A stretch of DNA of 64,000 bases from Vezdaea acicularis (taxonomy: Eukaryota), in the NCBI GenBank assembly GCA_026025075.1, contig JAPEUI010000021.1, positions 1 to 64,000 of the forward strand. Direction: 5' to 3'. Positions 13,885 to 26,777 of the stretch are shown here, piece after piece. The notes under the pieces were generated by a model. The model was not told the DNA's origin. It ran no database searches and saw only the letters and a program-made list of their open reading frames with translations. The translations under genes were made by a program, and so were the position numbers. Position 1 is the stretch's first letter, and every line of letters begins with the position of its first letter.

Positions 13885-14447
13885 TCACTTGTTATTCCCG
13901 ATCACTGTACTCCACCAGTCGCGGTCACGGCCTTCAATCTTATCTTTCGTCTTCTGCCACATGCTTTGTATATCGTTCTTCAATGCTGAGACAACAACAT
14001 CATCATCCAGCACGTAAGGGTTCTTTTGTATATCATTGTAGATCCTGTTAATCAAGTCTATCTCTTCTATGGATAGGTCCGAACTATCCGTAATTTCAGT
14101 CACTGTACTCCAGTCTTTGTCCTTAAGAGCATTTTCAATTTCGATGTTGTAAATTGTTGCCTTCTTATACGGAGGATTGATTGCCTTTTGCTGGTTGATC
14201 TCGTTCAGCAGGTTCTCATAGATCTGATGGCGTCGGGCTATTCCCCGTATTGAATGCCGTTCTATCATGATGAGACATATCTTTCCAACCCAGAACAGTT
14301 TGCGGTCTGTGGTGTAGTGTTCAGAGGTATATGATCCGTTGCACTTGAGATACAATGTAATTCCTTGTCTTACATCTACCTGCGATGAGGTACTCAGTGT
14401 AAAGTCGAGCAAACCCCACCTCAACTTACCGGTGGTGGAGGAACCAT
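13885..14447 (-). CDS. Orphan protein ~170 aa, AT-rich; exons 14447-14430 and 14379-13885
   Basis: AAAAATG start, 18-nt exon MVPPPP, intron GTAAGT..CTGAG..GCAG (14429-14380) spliced in frame to a 165-codon exon with charged, helical-looking composition. No family recognised. Confidence 0.65.
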
Positions 14448-16039
14448 TTTTTGGTGAGAAAACAATGAGACAAATACTTGAGGTAGCTGATCTCGTCCAG
14501 ATGAACCTAAAATCCAGCTACAAGCGAAGAAGCCAAGTCAGCCCTAAGGTGGTCGTGATATTCTCCGGCCGATGGCACAATATTCCACCCCAGTTTGGTG
14601 ATTGATCCAACCGAGCGATCAAGCGTACATGGATCCTCATTGGCCGACGTATAAAGCCGCGACGGACTGGGAAATCACGGCTTCTCGCACTCTGATCGGC
14701 TGTCACAACCCGACCGCTTGGCTCTAGCAAAGGGTGCAAAGCGGAGGTGATCCCGGTGTGGACGACGCGAGATGCAAGCGCCCTTGATACAAGGCTGGCA
14801 GCGCGTCCATACTTTGACTTTGCCAATACCGGGGTTCTCCGAAATACTGTAATCATGTACAGAGTCATGACCAGGAGGCTGCGGGAAGCAAAATGCAAGG
14901 GGAGAGTGGAGAGGAGTCAGATCTCCATCTCACCTCGTTCGAAAGATTACCCCGATCCAGTTGTAATGCTGACGATCACCAAGATATGAAAGGTTCCAAG
15001 GTAATTTGGGGTAGCCAGTATGAACAGCCTTTGCAGAGAGCATGACATTTCTTTTTCAACATTTCTTGTGCGGTGAAAAAGCCGCGACAGCGCTCCCAGC
15101 GCGCCAGGAGGGCAGATAAGGGGGACCTATGCCCTAGCCGCGGCGTCGTAAAATGGGAGCTGTCGTATCTCCGGAACCAACGGCGAGGACAACACCACGC
15201 CTGTAATCTGAAGTGTATAATTCTTCTGAACGATATCAAAACTTCCGTCTGACGGGGATAAAAACTCCGCGAGACAATGGAGATGCAGCTATGGTTTCCT
15301 TCATGTTTCTGCCCTCTGAGCCAAGCTTTTACCCTCTCAGCCGAGCCCAGCGCCAGAACGGCTTAGCGCAGTCAAAAATCCAACACTCGGCAGCGCGGCG
15401 TCTGCCGAGCGAAATGAGGTGTCTGACTACGCGACCTCCGTTCGAGGGATGTCGGTTGGGTGACAGAGATTGCGCTCAGGCCAGTGTCTTGATGCTCGAG
15501 GCGGATTCAGCTCAGTCAACATGCGCGCGGCGCAGATGGAGAGGCACATGTGCATCTCCATGTATACGCTATTCGGTCCACTGCTGTAACATCTCAATTG
15601 AAGTTACCGAACTGCCCCATGGGGGACACGTTTGGCGCAGGGACAGGCGTTCTTCCGCCCTCGTTCCGACTCGCCCAGGCTAACCCCTGGCCCTGACCTT
15701 AGCGCTGCATCCTATCGGAGCTTACCGAGTCGGGAAGTCGCGCGCGCGTCAACCAATCAGCCGCTTCGTCTGCTGACTTGCGCGAACTCAGCGACGAGGA
15801 CGGCAGGGCTAACCCGATGCCTAAATCTGTGGCCCCCGAGCGATGGACTCCTTCTCTTTCTCTTACTTCCTCTGCATTCCTCTAAAGCGTCTGTGTCATT
15901 CTTTCTCCTCTTCGGTTTCGTCCTCTCACTCATAGTCACTCTTTACCGGCCGGCTTGTTCACTCCTTTGTAAAGCCAATCCTCCTCTTCCCCTTCATTCT
16001 TTTAGATCCGTCCGTTCTTACCGTCGATACCTGTTCACA

Positions 16040-16787
16040 ATGCGTCTCTCGGTCTTCGCCCTGTTGAGCGCCTCTTTGGCTTCGCTCGCCGCTGCCTACA
16101 CGCAGCCGGTTGGCGACACGCCCTCTGGTAACCCGACCATCCATCCTGCTGCGGGTGAGATTGTTCCCGGCGGGGCACCATATACCATTTCGTGGACGGT
16201 GAGCATTATGCGACACTATTTTACTAAGTTTGAGCTTCGCTGACTCGATCATGTAGCCCACGACCCAAGGAACTATCACCATCTTGCTCCTCCGTGGCCC
16301 CTCGACCAACGTGGTCCCCTTGTATTCAATCGTGGAGAATATTCCCAATACGGGCAGCTACAGCTGGACGCCATCTACGTCTCTCCAGGCTGATACTACT
16401 CACTACGGTATTGAGTTAATTGTGGACGCTACCGGCCAATTCCAGTACTCTCCTCAATTCGGTATTAGCCAGTCTGGTTCGTCGAATACGACCTACCCTG
16501 TTTCATCGAATACCACTAGCTACAGCAGCTACCCCACCGCCAATGCAACCTACTCTTACTACTCAAAGAATACCACCAACTCGACCACGTATGCGTATGC
16601 GTCGTCAACCGGTGGTGTGCCAACCACCATCATTCAGCCAACTGCCAGCTTGACTGTACCAGTAACCCTTCAGACGACGGCCAAGCCAACTGCGTCAGCA
16701 CCAGCAGCAACCGGTGCCGCTGGCCGCGTGGTCCTCAACCTCGGAGCTGCCGCTGTAGGTGTAGGTGCTGCCGTAATGTTCATTTAG
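16040..16787 (+). CDS. GPI-anchored Ser/Thr-rich cell-wall protein with Kre9/Knh1-like N-terminal domain; exons 16040-16198, 16257-16787
   Basis: Signal peptide, GNP..P..GE.VP.G.PYTISW and LLRGPSTNVVPL..IVENIPNTGSYSWTP motifs, S/T-rich stalk, hydrophobic C-terminal GPI signal. Confidence 0.9.
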
Positions 16788-17355
16788 GAAGGATTCATGT
16801 GTCGCGCATTAACCTTTGAGGAGGAAAATGGATAGACATCAGGATTTAGAATCTTTATGTATGATCTGAGCAGGAGGGTGCAGAGGGATCATGGTTGATC
16901 TGGTGTTCTTTAAAATCAAATTTAATCAGAGAGGCCGCCACCACTGTCCCGAGTGAACCTGGAGGAAGATTTCATTCGTAGACTTTTGTTCAATGAGAGA
17001 TTCAGCGGATGTATCAGCTTGTACCTGAGCTATCAACTTCATCGAGCCTCTTGACACAATATCCACCATCATCGCTGCACTCCGACCATATCCTTTCAGA
17101 GCAATGGTGCAAAGATGTTTCTATCAAGTCGTGATTGTGAACGAAAAGGTTACTGATTGAAACAGCTTGTTTGCTGCGGATCGCAACATTAAGAATCTCA
17201 CAATTCATAGACCGTACAGCATCTTGAATGTAATGAAACCCTCCTGAGGACGCTATACCGTAGCCAAATGATCATGCAAAGTCCAGCCACGCAAATCATG
17301 TGATGTAGCGCTAAGTATGATCAATTGAGAGAGAAGGTGAGAAAGTGCACTACAC

Positions 17356-18331
17356 TTAAAATCCTTTGGACTCGATCTGGTCCTCCGTCCAAGTCCACAG
17401 TCTGGCCGCCAGCTCATCATCTTGAGCATAGTTAGTACCCAAACTTTGAACGCCGACAGGCGTGTAGTAGTTTCCAGAGACAATGGCTTTGCTTGTGCTC
17501 GCCCAAAGCTGGTTCTTTGCGCCCTCTGCTACACTCTTGAGCACTAGCCCACCCGCGAGCGCCAGAGCGGTCCTTAGCCAAGAGCTGTTCTGCTTGATCG
17601 TCGAATACAGCTCAGTCTTAATGATACCAGGATGTATCGACACTGATCGGATCTCTGGGTAGCGTCGTGCGAGCTCTTTCGCAAATAATATGTTGGCAAG
17701 CTTCGCTTGTCCATATCTTGCCCACGTGCCGGCTTGTGGCATTGCTGGATCATCAAAATTGATTCCACCCTTCGGTGCGCCATGGTGGCCCATGGATGAC
17801 AAGGTGATCACTCTAACGTCGGCCTCAGGCATCTTGGACGTTTTCTGGAGAAGGGGCAGTAGCTTTTTCGTCAGTTGGAAGTGACCAATATGATTCGTTC
17901 CTAGCTGGATCTCGAAGCCATCTGTAGTGTTGCCCTCGGGGACCGCCATGATACCTGCATTGTTCATAAGGATATCTAGACGGGGGGTGGTTTCGTTAAC
18001 TGTATCAGCCGCTTCATTGATTGACTGCAGAGATGCCAGATCCAGTGGCAAGTATGTGATCTGCGCAGAGGGTGATTCTGCTTTGATGGACTCAATTGCC
18101 GCCTGAGCTTTGGAAGGAGTCCTAGCTGCCAGTATGATTTGCGCCGGATTGTGCTTTGCAAATTGGATGACGGACTCTTTACCAAGACCACTGTTTCCTG
18201 TCACCATACTCAGCCTGGTTCGTATTACGGGATCAAAGATTATCATGACTCTTACCACCTGTAACCAAGATGACTTTTCCAGAAAGGTCGGGAATATCCT
18301 TCTCCGGATTGAAGCTCTTACTGGAAAACAT
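17356..18331 (-). CDS. Short-chain dehydrogenase/reductase (retinol-dehydrogenase/WWOX-like); exons 18331-18256, 18197-17356
   Basis: FNPEKDIPDLSGKVILVTGGNSGLG (TGxxxGxG across intron), NNAGIM, GTNHIGHF, catalytic YGQAK, HPG. Confidence 0.93.
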
Positions 18332-19079
18332 CGCGCGGCTAATAAAATGTGGCAATACCGAAGTGAGATATTCAACCGGTCGAAGTATGCTAGACAAGAG
18401 ACAGGTGAGAAGGTAGATTAATGCAGCAAACGCCAGTGACAGTCCGCCTAGATTTATTTGGTTATTGTCTAATTCAGAGTGTTTGTTCAATCGAGAAGTG
18501 CTCAGGGAAGTCATAACAGAGGATCCCTATTATATGTAGTTTGAATGCGCTCGGATTGCCAGTCCATAAAATCCGTGCCTCATCTTAAGGCGAACGGGCA
18601 GTCTATCTATCCGCCATATCTAGTCAAACAGTCGGACAACCCACAGATGCGACATGATGCTTGGAACAATGACGTCTGTTTGGGCTTAACGACGATGGCT
18701 GGAGTCCCGCTTTATCTATGATCGCTACGGATGAATGGCGAATAGCATTGACCGAATATCTGCAGGGGTCCAGAGTCCTCCTGGGCTTGCGGCCGAAAGC
18801 CCCTCGCTAAGTGCTCGCGAACGGACATCGTTTTCACCGAGTTAGATATACAGCTGGGAGACATGAGCAGCCAATGGACTATGCTTAGCGCAGTATTGGC
18901 GCAAGTCTCACATAGAGAAGAAGCAATAGGCTTTGATGACTACTGATACGTTCTATTGGTCAATAGATGCCCACACACCATCTCTAGTAGATCACGTGTG
19001 GCTGCCCCACGTACTACACAAACTAGAAATTCTGTCAGCGAAAGATTAACATGTAAAGTATTCACACATCGTTCCGACA

Positions 19080-19446
19080 ATGACGCAAGGCACAATCAAG
19101 AGCTCGAAAGTCAGCAAACCAAAAAAGAAGTTTGTCCAGCCAACTTGTCTTGGTAAATCCTACGCTGACTCCCATGCGCCAGATCGAAAGTACTTGGTCC
19201 CAAGAAGGGCGCGCGAACAATTGCACCGAGGAAGACCTCGCGCGTACTACAAAATAAGAAAGACAAGGTCTGCTCCCGTTCCTTTCAACAGTATCTGTTG
19301 CCTTTAGCTTATCATTGGTCCAGGATTTGGCCAGTCGGTTAGCGGCCGGGACGGAGAGAATGCTGGCGGAGAAAGCCGGTCACTTAGAAATGGTACGAGG
19401 GGGAAAGAAATCGTCAGATAGAGCATCTGCAGGAAAAAGAAAATAG
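19080..19446 (+). CDS. Small basic DUF2462/UPF0390 (C19orf53-like) protein; exons 19080-19129, 19183-19267, 19324-19446
   Basis: Spliced product MTQGTIKSSK..PKKGARTIAPRK..TERMLAEKAGHLEM..; introns GTTTGT..CTGAC..CAG and GTCTGC..CAG keep frame. Confidence 0.8.
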
Positions 19447-19776
19447 GGTTATCTATTTTCCGATAGTCAGAGCCTTAGCAACATCGACGGTCTTGAACTA
19501 GAGGCCCCGACTTTGGTTTACGTTATTCCAAATAAGCACACAACGCCATTACCATTACCATACTGCGGTACATCTATTATAGAAAACAAATTTAAGGAAC
19601 CAACAATATCAAATGGCTGTAGCCTAAGCAGCCAGCTGAGGGGATTGTAAGGCCTAGCGGAAGGAGCGGCACTTATGACATCACAGAGAGCGGACAGCTC
19701 GGCATAATGTTATGTATTGTACATACAATATTGTCAGACTCATTACTCCAAGTTATCACGATACAATAACGGAACT

Positions 19777-21361
19777 TCAGATCGCTCTTGCGGCCTCTCC
19801 GCCCCCGGACTCAACTGCTTCCTGCCGAGCTTTACCCCTTCCAATGCCTCCATGACCAACACCCATCCTCCGTGCGACGTATCTCTGCGCGACAATGCCT
19901 ACTCCAAGTACCAAAACTTCTTCCACCCATTCAGCGACCCATTCTCGGGGGTCCACCCCACCGGTAGCGATGATATCTGCTATTTCCTCAGGCAATTGCG
20001 GCCCGGTCGGTGACGACGGGGGTCCTTCTAGTGATTCTGGGGCAGAAGGTGCATCCAACCAGTCGACCCATTTCTTGGGGAACGTCTGCGTGATGGTTTG
20101 AAATGTGATGCCGTGGATAGGGTCATATAAATATACGGCGAATGAAACAAGCTCCTCAGATTCCTCTTCTGGCTTAGCAACAGCCTCGCCCTCAACCAGC
20201 TTTTCCTTCAAAGGACCGCCAAACAAGTTTTCCGGAGGGGTCTGATGGATAGCCTGTATTGCAAGGAAAATATCGCTGCTTCTGACAGGATTACTTTGAC
20301 TAAGAACTTCAGCAGCATTCTTGGCAGCTTCCTCGACGCCTCCTCTCGGCGCGAAAAAGTCAGCGGCGTACGACTCCGCACTAACTTTAACTAGTTTAGT
20401 CCCCTCAATCAGACCTTTTACTGCTCCTAAGCTTCTCCGTTCGGATGGCTGTCGCCACCAAGGGCCATCGCTCCAACTAGCACTGACAGATCCCGTAAAT
20501 CCGGCGTCCGAGGCTCGGCGAGGTGATGATTCATGGCCACGTTGAATTACCATCAAGTCCCCCCCTTCTACCTGAGCCATGATGCGAGAGAATGTCTGAT
20601 AGATCAATGGGTCGAGCAAAGGATATCCAATAAAGTCATGGGTAATATGAATTTGAAGGCGTTCATGAGAGGAGATTGGAGGCGCAATGGTCTGAAGAAT
20701 GTTCGAAAAAGTTGGCATAGCTCGTGACTTTAGTTCCCCACCTGTCATGATCATTAGATAGATCTCCAATATGCACGAGACTCATACCAAGATCCCTTAA
20801 AGCGCCGACATTGCCTTTCACCTGTTCGGCCCATTTTTTTGCCTCTTCATTTTGCTGGATCTCCTTCACAGCAGCCTCAGCAGTCTTCACAGCTGCGCTC
20901 GCTGTAGCAACGATACCACCCCACCAGCTCCCTCCACTTTGCATCGACCCTTCCAGCTCTTCCGCCGAGGGCCGCTTCTCGAGGCCTGGATCATGTACTG
21001 GGGTCAGCCCTTTGTGAAATGATCTTGTGCTCTCCCCAGACTTGCGCTGAATATTCATGGCAGGAGCTTTGTCTTCACTGCTCCGGCCAGAGCCAATCGC
21101 GTCCTTCTTCGGAGACTGTGTGGACCCAGCGGCTACGGAAGACACTTTCGGGGTATGGGGCCGGCTTGACGGGCGCTGCTGAGCAAGACTTGCAAGTTCT
21201 GCCAGTGGATCTTGCTCTAATTCTGTAGCCTTGTGATCCCTCGACTTAATCCCATCGCTAGAAGAGAGCTGCGGGTTGGGGTCAGAGGTGTCGCCGATCC
21301 CTTCAAAAAGCTTTGAGAGCTCTTCATCTGTCTTCGCTGCTTTCCCCTTCTTGCTTGCCAT
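19777..21361 (-). CDS. MTC1: Mtc1 (maintenance of telomere capping 1) family protein; exons 21361-20788, 20741-19777
   Basis: SWWGG..ATASAAVK, TIAPPISSHERLQIHITHD..GYP.LDPLIY.TFSR.M.QVEGG, DPREWVAEWVEE.L.LGVGIVAQRYVARRMG motifs. Confidence 0.9.
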
Positions 21362-22332
21362 GGTCATTAATTGAGCCGAGGTATGTGTCAAAGACCTTAA
21401 TCACAACCCTCGGGGCACAGGAGCAACTCAAAATGGGGCCAAGGGGCCAAATTTCTACTTTTGCCTTACCACAGAAACAGACTGATCATTGGCAGGAGCT
21501 TGACAGCATAACAGAGGTTTCTTATTCAAAAGTACCTGCGGAAGCAGCACAGATACATTACGCTAGGCATTCGGTTCGGCGGCGCAACCCATACTCAATT
21601 AGGCGTAGTGCCCTTTTATGCGACATCTTATGCTTGTTCCTTGGCCTTTAGATAGGAATAGTCAAATATAGCGCTCCACATCAAGACCATCTTACAACTC
21701 CACCACTTGTCCTGTGAATAATTACCTTGAGCTGCCAGCATCAAGCGAACCTTTATAGCTATTTCTACAATACTATCCAGGCCGTTGTGCCAAACATATC
21801 TATCCTCAATATTACTCTATCGACGCAACGGGAAGCGGCTTAGTTCGCTTTGCTGAATCTGGAAGTTTGGCTTAGCGGCGCGCAAGGTCGAACTCTCGGG
21901 CCACCCAGATGGGTAGGCTACACAATGGCTTATTGAAAGTATTTATATTTCAGTCAGTCTATCTTTCATATCTACCTGTCTATATACCATTCATGCTTTG
22001 AAATCGAAATCCGAGGCTCTATTTGATTTTGTTACTCGTCAGCTTCAACGTTTCATGATGTTTTTCCGCATCTCTCACAGATGGCCATCACCATGATTCT
22101 GAAATCATGCCATACAATTGGTCTTCTCATTCTGTCACGGAAAGTAGAGAGCTGTTTCTGCCATTTTTATGGGCTATCTTGAGCTTTTTTGCTTGAAAAA
22201 TGTCTACGGTCTAGGCTCACCTTCCTACTTAGGAACTTGCTATAACGCATATGGCTACTAAAAAGTTTTGCCAGTACGGAGCTAGCTTCAATCAAACTTG
22301 AAAGGAGTGGTACGGATAGACAGACTCCAATC

Positions 22333-25300
22333 ATGTCTGCTTCCTCAATGCTTGAACGGCAAATGCTCATAGGCAAGCCAGCCAGCCCGCTGCCCACAGA
22401 ACGGAGGCCTATAAGAACTGCTTCTCTCGCTGCCTCGGAAGTCATCAAGCAGGTTGTCGCAAGCAGCCGCCGGAAGTCGAAAGAAGATGATGGACTACTA
22501 GACCAGACTTCGGTACTTACACCAAGGCTAATTGATCCCGCAATCCCACCGAAAGGGCTTAGGGTGGATGGCTTGGTTGGCGCAACTTCGAGTCTCGCGG
22601 TCAAGTACAATTCACCTATTCTGACAATTACTGGAGCTCGTCTTGCATCAATTGTACTATCGCCCGGAGGACACGGCGATGCGAAAGGCTCTATGCTGCA
22701 GGGAGCAAATGCGCACTCTCGCCTCCGACTGAATGGTCCAGCGAAGCCATTAAGTTTAAAGTCGGAGCGGTCGGTAAAGAGCTCCTTAGACGGTGCCAAA
22801 ATCGATATGACAAGCTCTAAAAGTGCTCTTATTGGTAAGCGCGGCGACGTTGGACCAGAGAGGGCAAGCATAGCCGGGAATACCGAAATCCTTAGAGGAA
22901 TAAGACCGAGAGCTCACACTTCTTCGGTAGTGCCTGCGCAAGTGGGCGGGCAAACAGCTTCTAAAAGGGAAAGCGATATCAAACTAATTGAACCTGGGAA
23001 AGTTGTGCTGAATAGCGCTGTTGTCTTGAAAAGCTCTCCAAATGTGCTACCGGGTGAGCTTAACCAACAGGACACGCGAAATTTCAGCCGTATAGCTAGC
23101 ATTGAATCCACTGAGGATATGCGACAAGTAGATGGTGCAGACATTACCTTGGTCTCTGTCGACCAAGATCATCCTCACAAAAATCAGCATCCGCCTTTCA
23201 TTCCACTCAGACGTGGCCAAAGAACCCGAAAGCAAACCAAAAGAGATAGACTAAGTTCGTCAGAGGAGCTCAAAGGAAGCTCGATGGGTCAAGAACAAGA
23301 CTCGAATGACTTAAGTTCAGAGGTGCAAGCTGTGGCTGCCATGAGAGAGAGGGACACTGACCCTTCGAAGGATTTAATCAAACGTTCCCCATCTTTCGAA
23401 CGAGGGGCGGCGACTGTAGAGCAGCGGGCACGCCTATCTAATGCATACGATCTTATTGAATCGAGCGGCGAATCGCGAATAAAATCAGAATTGAAAATGG
23501 AGTCATCACAAGAATCCACCGCCGTAGATGAACAAGTTGACCTGGGAGAGCATAATGCCCTCGGAAAAGGAGAGATCGCCGCACTTTCTTGCGACAATCT
23601 ACGTAAACATGAAGAAGAGTTAGACTTAGTGGAGATGGCATCTGCTGACTCTGTTGCAGAGCTACTAGACCAAGATAGTAAAACCAATCAAGACCTGATG
23701 GAGATAAAATCCAAGTCGGAACTAGAGCCTACTTTAGGTGGTCTTGAAGGCAATGATAATGCTCGTTCAGTCAAAAGGCTTAGGCCAGCTACTGTGCAAC
23801 GGAGGTCAAGCATGCTTGCGCAAGGATTAGCTTCAGCAAAAAGCTGGTCTGATCAGGAAGCTACCAAGCTCACCTCCCGCCAAGATGAAACTGATTCTCT
23901 TGGAGAGATTTTAGCAGACTTTGAGAAATCTGATATCCTAGACTCGACGTCCGCGTTAAGACCGAGTGTTCAGTCTTACAGCAATGATACAGAGAATCTT
24001 CCGCCTCCCCTATACGCAGGTCAAGTTCTAGTACCCAGGAATTATCGTACTTCAGCACGGAAAAGCAACAGCCTGTCAAGTCCAGGGTCTACCTTGACGT
24101 CGAAACTTTGTTCTGTCTGTAAGGAAACATTTCAACAAGTTACCGTGCACGTGAGTTAATCGCATCTAAGAAGCTCCCCCGTGCTGACGATTCGTAGGAA
24201 TTTCGAGATCATGTTGAACAATGCCGAGAAGATTCAGATTCACTCCCAAGAGAACCTTCGCTAGAGTGGGATGTCCTGAGAGGCCATGTAGCACGAAGTG
24301 GTGGCCTTGGGCTTGACCAGCGTGAAGAAAGCCTAGGCAGCCTCGATCTACCTCTGCCATACGATTTCAAAAATGACGTTTCGAAGGGAGTAGAAGACTC
24401 TTCTCCAGAAGATGTTTCTACCAAATTTCGGAAAATATCGCCTGCCGATAAATTCGTTGAAACGCTCGCGAAGCCTGAGCAGCGCTCGACAGCTGCTCTA
24501 CAAGCCGTAGTCGCTAATGCAGCGTCCGCACTTAAAATCTGGCAGGATGAATGGATCTTATTGGAACGCAGAGTATCGATGAACACCAAGCGAAAAGCTC
24601 TAGATCCTAGACCTCTCCTAGACCCTATAGTCTGGGAAGACCAGAAGGAATCGGAGCTTTACGGTTATAGTTGGGACCCTAATCCTACCAAACGAGGCGC
24701 ACAAGACATATTTGGGCAGAGGCAACACCGTTCTGGTGCAGGCCGAGAGTTACGCAAAAGAGGTCACCGTAGAAAAGAGTGGATTGATGTTGTTGGTGAA
24801 GACGATGCGGGGGCTCAAGAAAACAGCTATGAAGGACGACCACGCAGGAATCGTACATTCATTAATGACGCTGGAAGTGAGATGTCTGGTGTTGAGTCCT
24901 TACAGACTTCACGCGTTCGTGACACACTTGAGGGCTCCCCTAGGCCTGGTAGGCGAGGCAGACCTCGTCTGGCATCGTCTATATTACCAGCTCGGATCAG
25001 AGCTCTAAGAGATGGTGAGACGCCCTCAGCATTCTCAAGTGACGCAGAGGACTCTCCAGCATCTACCAAAAAGCGTGGACGGCCACCAAAGATTGAGAAG
25101 AGGAAAATGGCAGCTTCACCCCAAAAAGACAAAGAACAGGGTGAATCGGACCAAGCTGGAGCTGAAGGCAAGAAGAGAGTCAAATCAGAGAAGCGCAGTG
25201 CTGCAATGCAAGCCTGGTGGAATATCAGAAAACAAGAGAAACGAGATAGGGAAGGGGCTGCTACAAACAGCCCAGGGACGATTCTAGACAGGATTGCAAT

Positions 25301-25859
25301 TATATCGGAGTCCAACCGGGCATTTCAGAGCTCGTCGGCATCGATTTCGAAGGCTCTTGCGCATGCAGCGGCGTCGTTCGAGACTTTGAACGAAAGGCCT
25401 AGCTTGCCTAAGATCGACGGAGCCGTCGAATCGAGCGCTTTTGGCAGCTCTCCTGGTGCGGGCCGGAGTGAAACAGATAGGTCGCAAGCCCACGCATTCC
25501 AACAGGGGCACGCTACAGGCCGCAGGGATAGGCAGAGGGCCGCTTTGGGCGAGCCCGGAGCCGATGCGGACAGTGCAAATAGCTTTGAAGTGGACTCGGG
25601 CTTAACGAGCAGATTGGATGATGGCTTGACGGAGTATGAACGATTTCAGAAGCTTGCTAGCGGAGAAGGAGAGGGTCTAGGGAAGCGGCGAAGATATGCA
25701 CCAGTTGACAGTCAGGTGAATAGTGAAAACCGAGTCAAGCAGGGAGCAAATGAGAAAAATGCAAAGGTACAACTACTTTCCAAGAGAGCAGAACAAAACG
25801 AGGAGCTCGAGAAAGACGCCGAGGTTGGTGGAGATGGTGGTGGCGGCCGTCAGGGCTAA
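22333..25859 (+). CDS. Large, mostly low-complexity nuclear protein (~1160 aa) with a C2HC zinc finger and two AT-hook motifs; exons 22333-24150, 24198-25859
   Basis: Two long ORFs joined in frame by intron GTGAGT..CTGAC..TAG (24151-24197); CSVC-x14-H-x3-C; RPGRRGRPR and KKRGRPPK; folded-looking block WQDEW..DPRP..WEDQKE..LYGY.WDP. Confidence 0.82.
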
Positions 25860-26777
25860 CCACATTCGCGGAAGTTTGTAATTTACTCGTCCATTACTTC
25901 CGCGTAAGAAAACTGCACAATTTGCTCCAATTTTGCATAGCAAGCGCGTTCACTCCTGTCATTAGCATAGCATTCAGGACTCTTCTCAATCAACTGTTAG
26001 GTGGTCAGAACAGACGTCTTTATACTAGTGAAACAGCTCCGAGTAGATGTGTTGGATTAGTTGATCATTTATTCTTCTTATGGTCTCATTTTGATTGAAG
26101 AAAGCCCCTAGCTTCGGTTCGTCAACTATCGTACTTATCGACATTTACACAGTGTGTGCTCGCTACATGGAAGCCTGAACAAGGGCAGGGTCGTCCATTA
26201 GCTTCAATCAGAGCCGGCCATAATAGCAGCAGTTTGAACAGAGAGTCGACCCATTGCTTTAACTTGTTGGTCATGATGAGGGCTTTCAGGGATCATGTTG
26301 ATTTTCGTTCCCACTAGGCTTTCTTGGCTGTTCACACTCACAAAGGTAGATTGAAAAGCCCAAAAATACAAAGGCCAGTACGATTTGCAAGATGAATTTC
26401 CATTCAACGATCACAAGCTTGACATGTCTGTTCCTTGAGTAAGAGATATCTGAAAGGGATTAGAGGAGCACGAATTGGCGACTGCTCCTTGCCAGTTCGT
26501 GATATCCGAGCTTCTCGCGTTGTCGGGCCAACCGTTAGCGTGAGACGCTAGTCGTGCAAGCGGATGTCGGCAAAACATCGAACCCTTCGAGATACTAACT
26601 TCGATGCTCAACGCTGGCCTGCCTGCCTACTAACAAGCAGCTTCTATTCTAGGTTTCTTTTCAACTCTGAGTCCTGGGTGTTTGTAGCACGTTCTTCATC
26701 CATTAACGTTCCAACCCTTCTCCTTTCGCTCACCCGTTGGTGTCTCACTCCGCCGGAAGTGGTGGACTTACCAGAAA

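Noticed and set aside
19777..21361. Telomere-related function implied by MTC1 sitting near a telomere
   Set aside because: The name derives from a yeast genetic interaction; position gives no evidence of a functional link.
26050..26460. Box C/D snoRNA or spliced antisense RNA upstream of KIP3 (ATGATGA at 26273; minus-strand GTGAGT..GCTAAT..CAG)
   Set aside because: No properly spaced C/D pair with terminal stem or recognisable rRNA guide.
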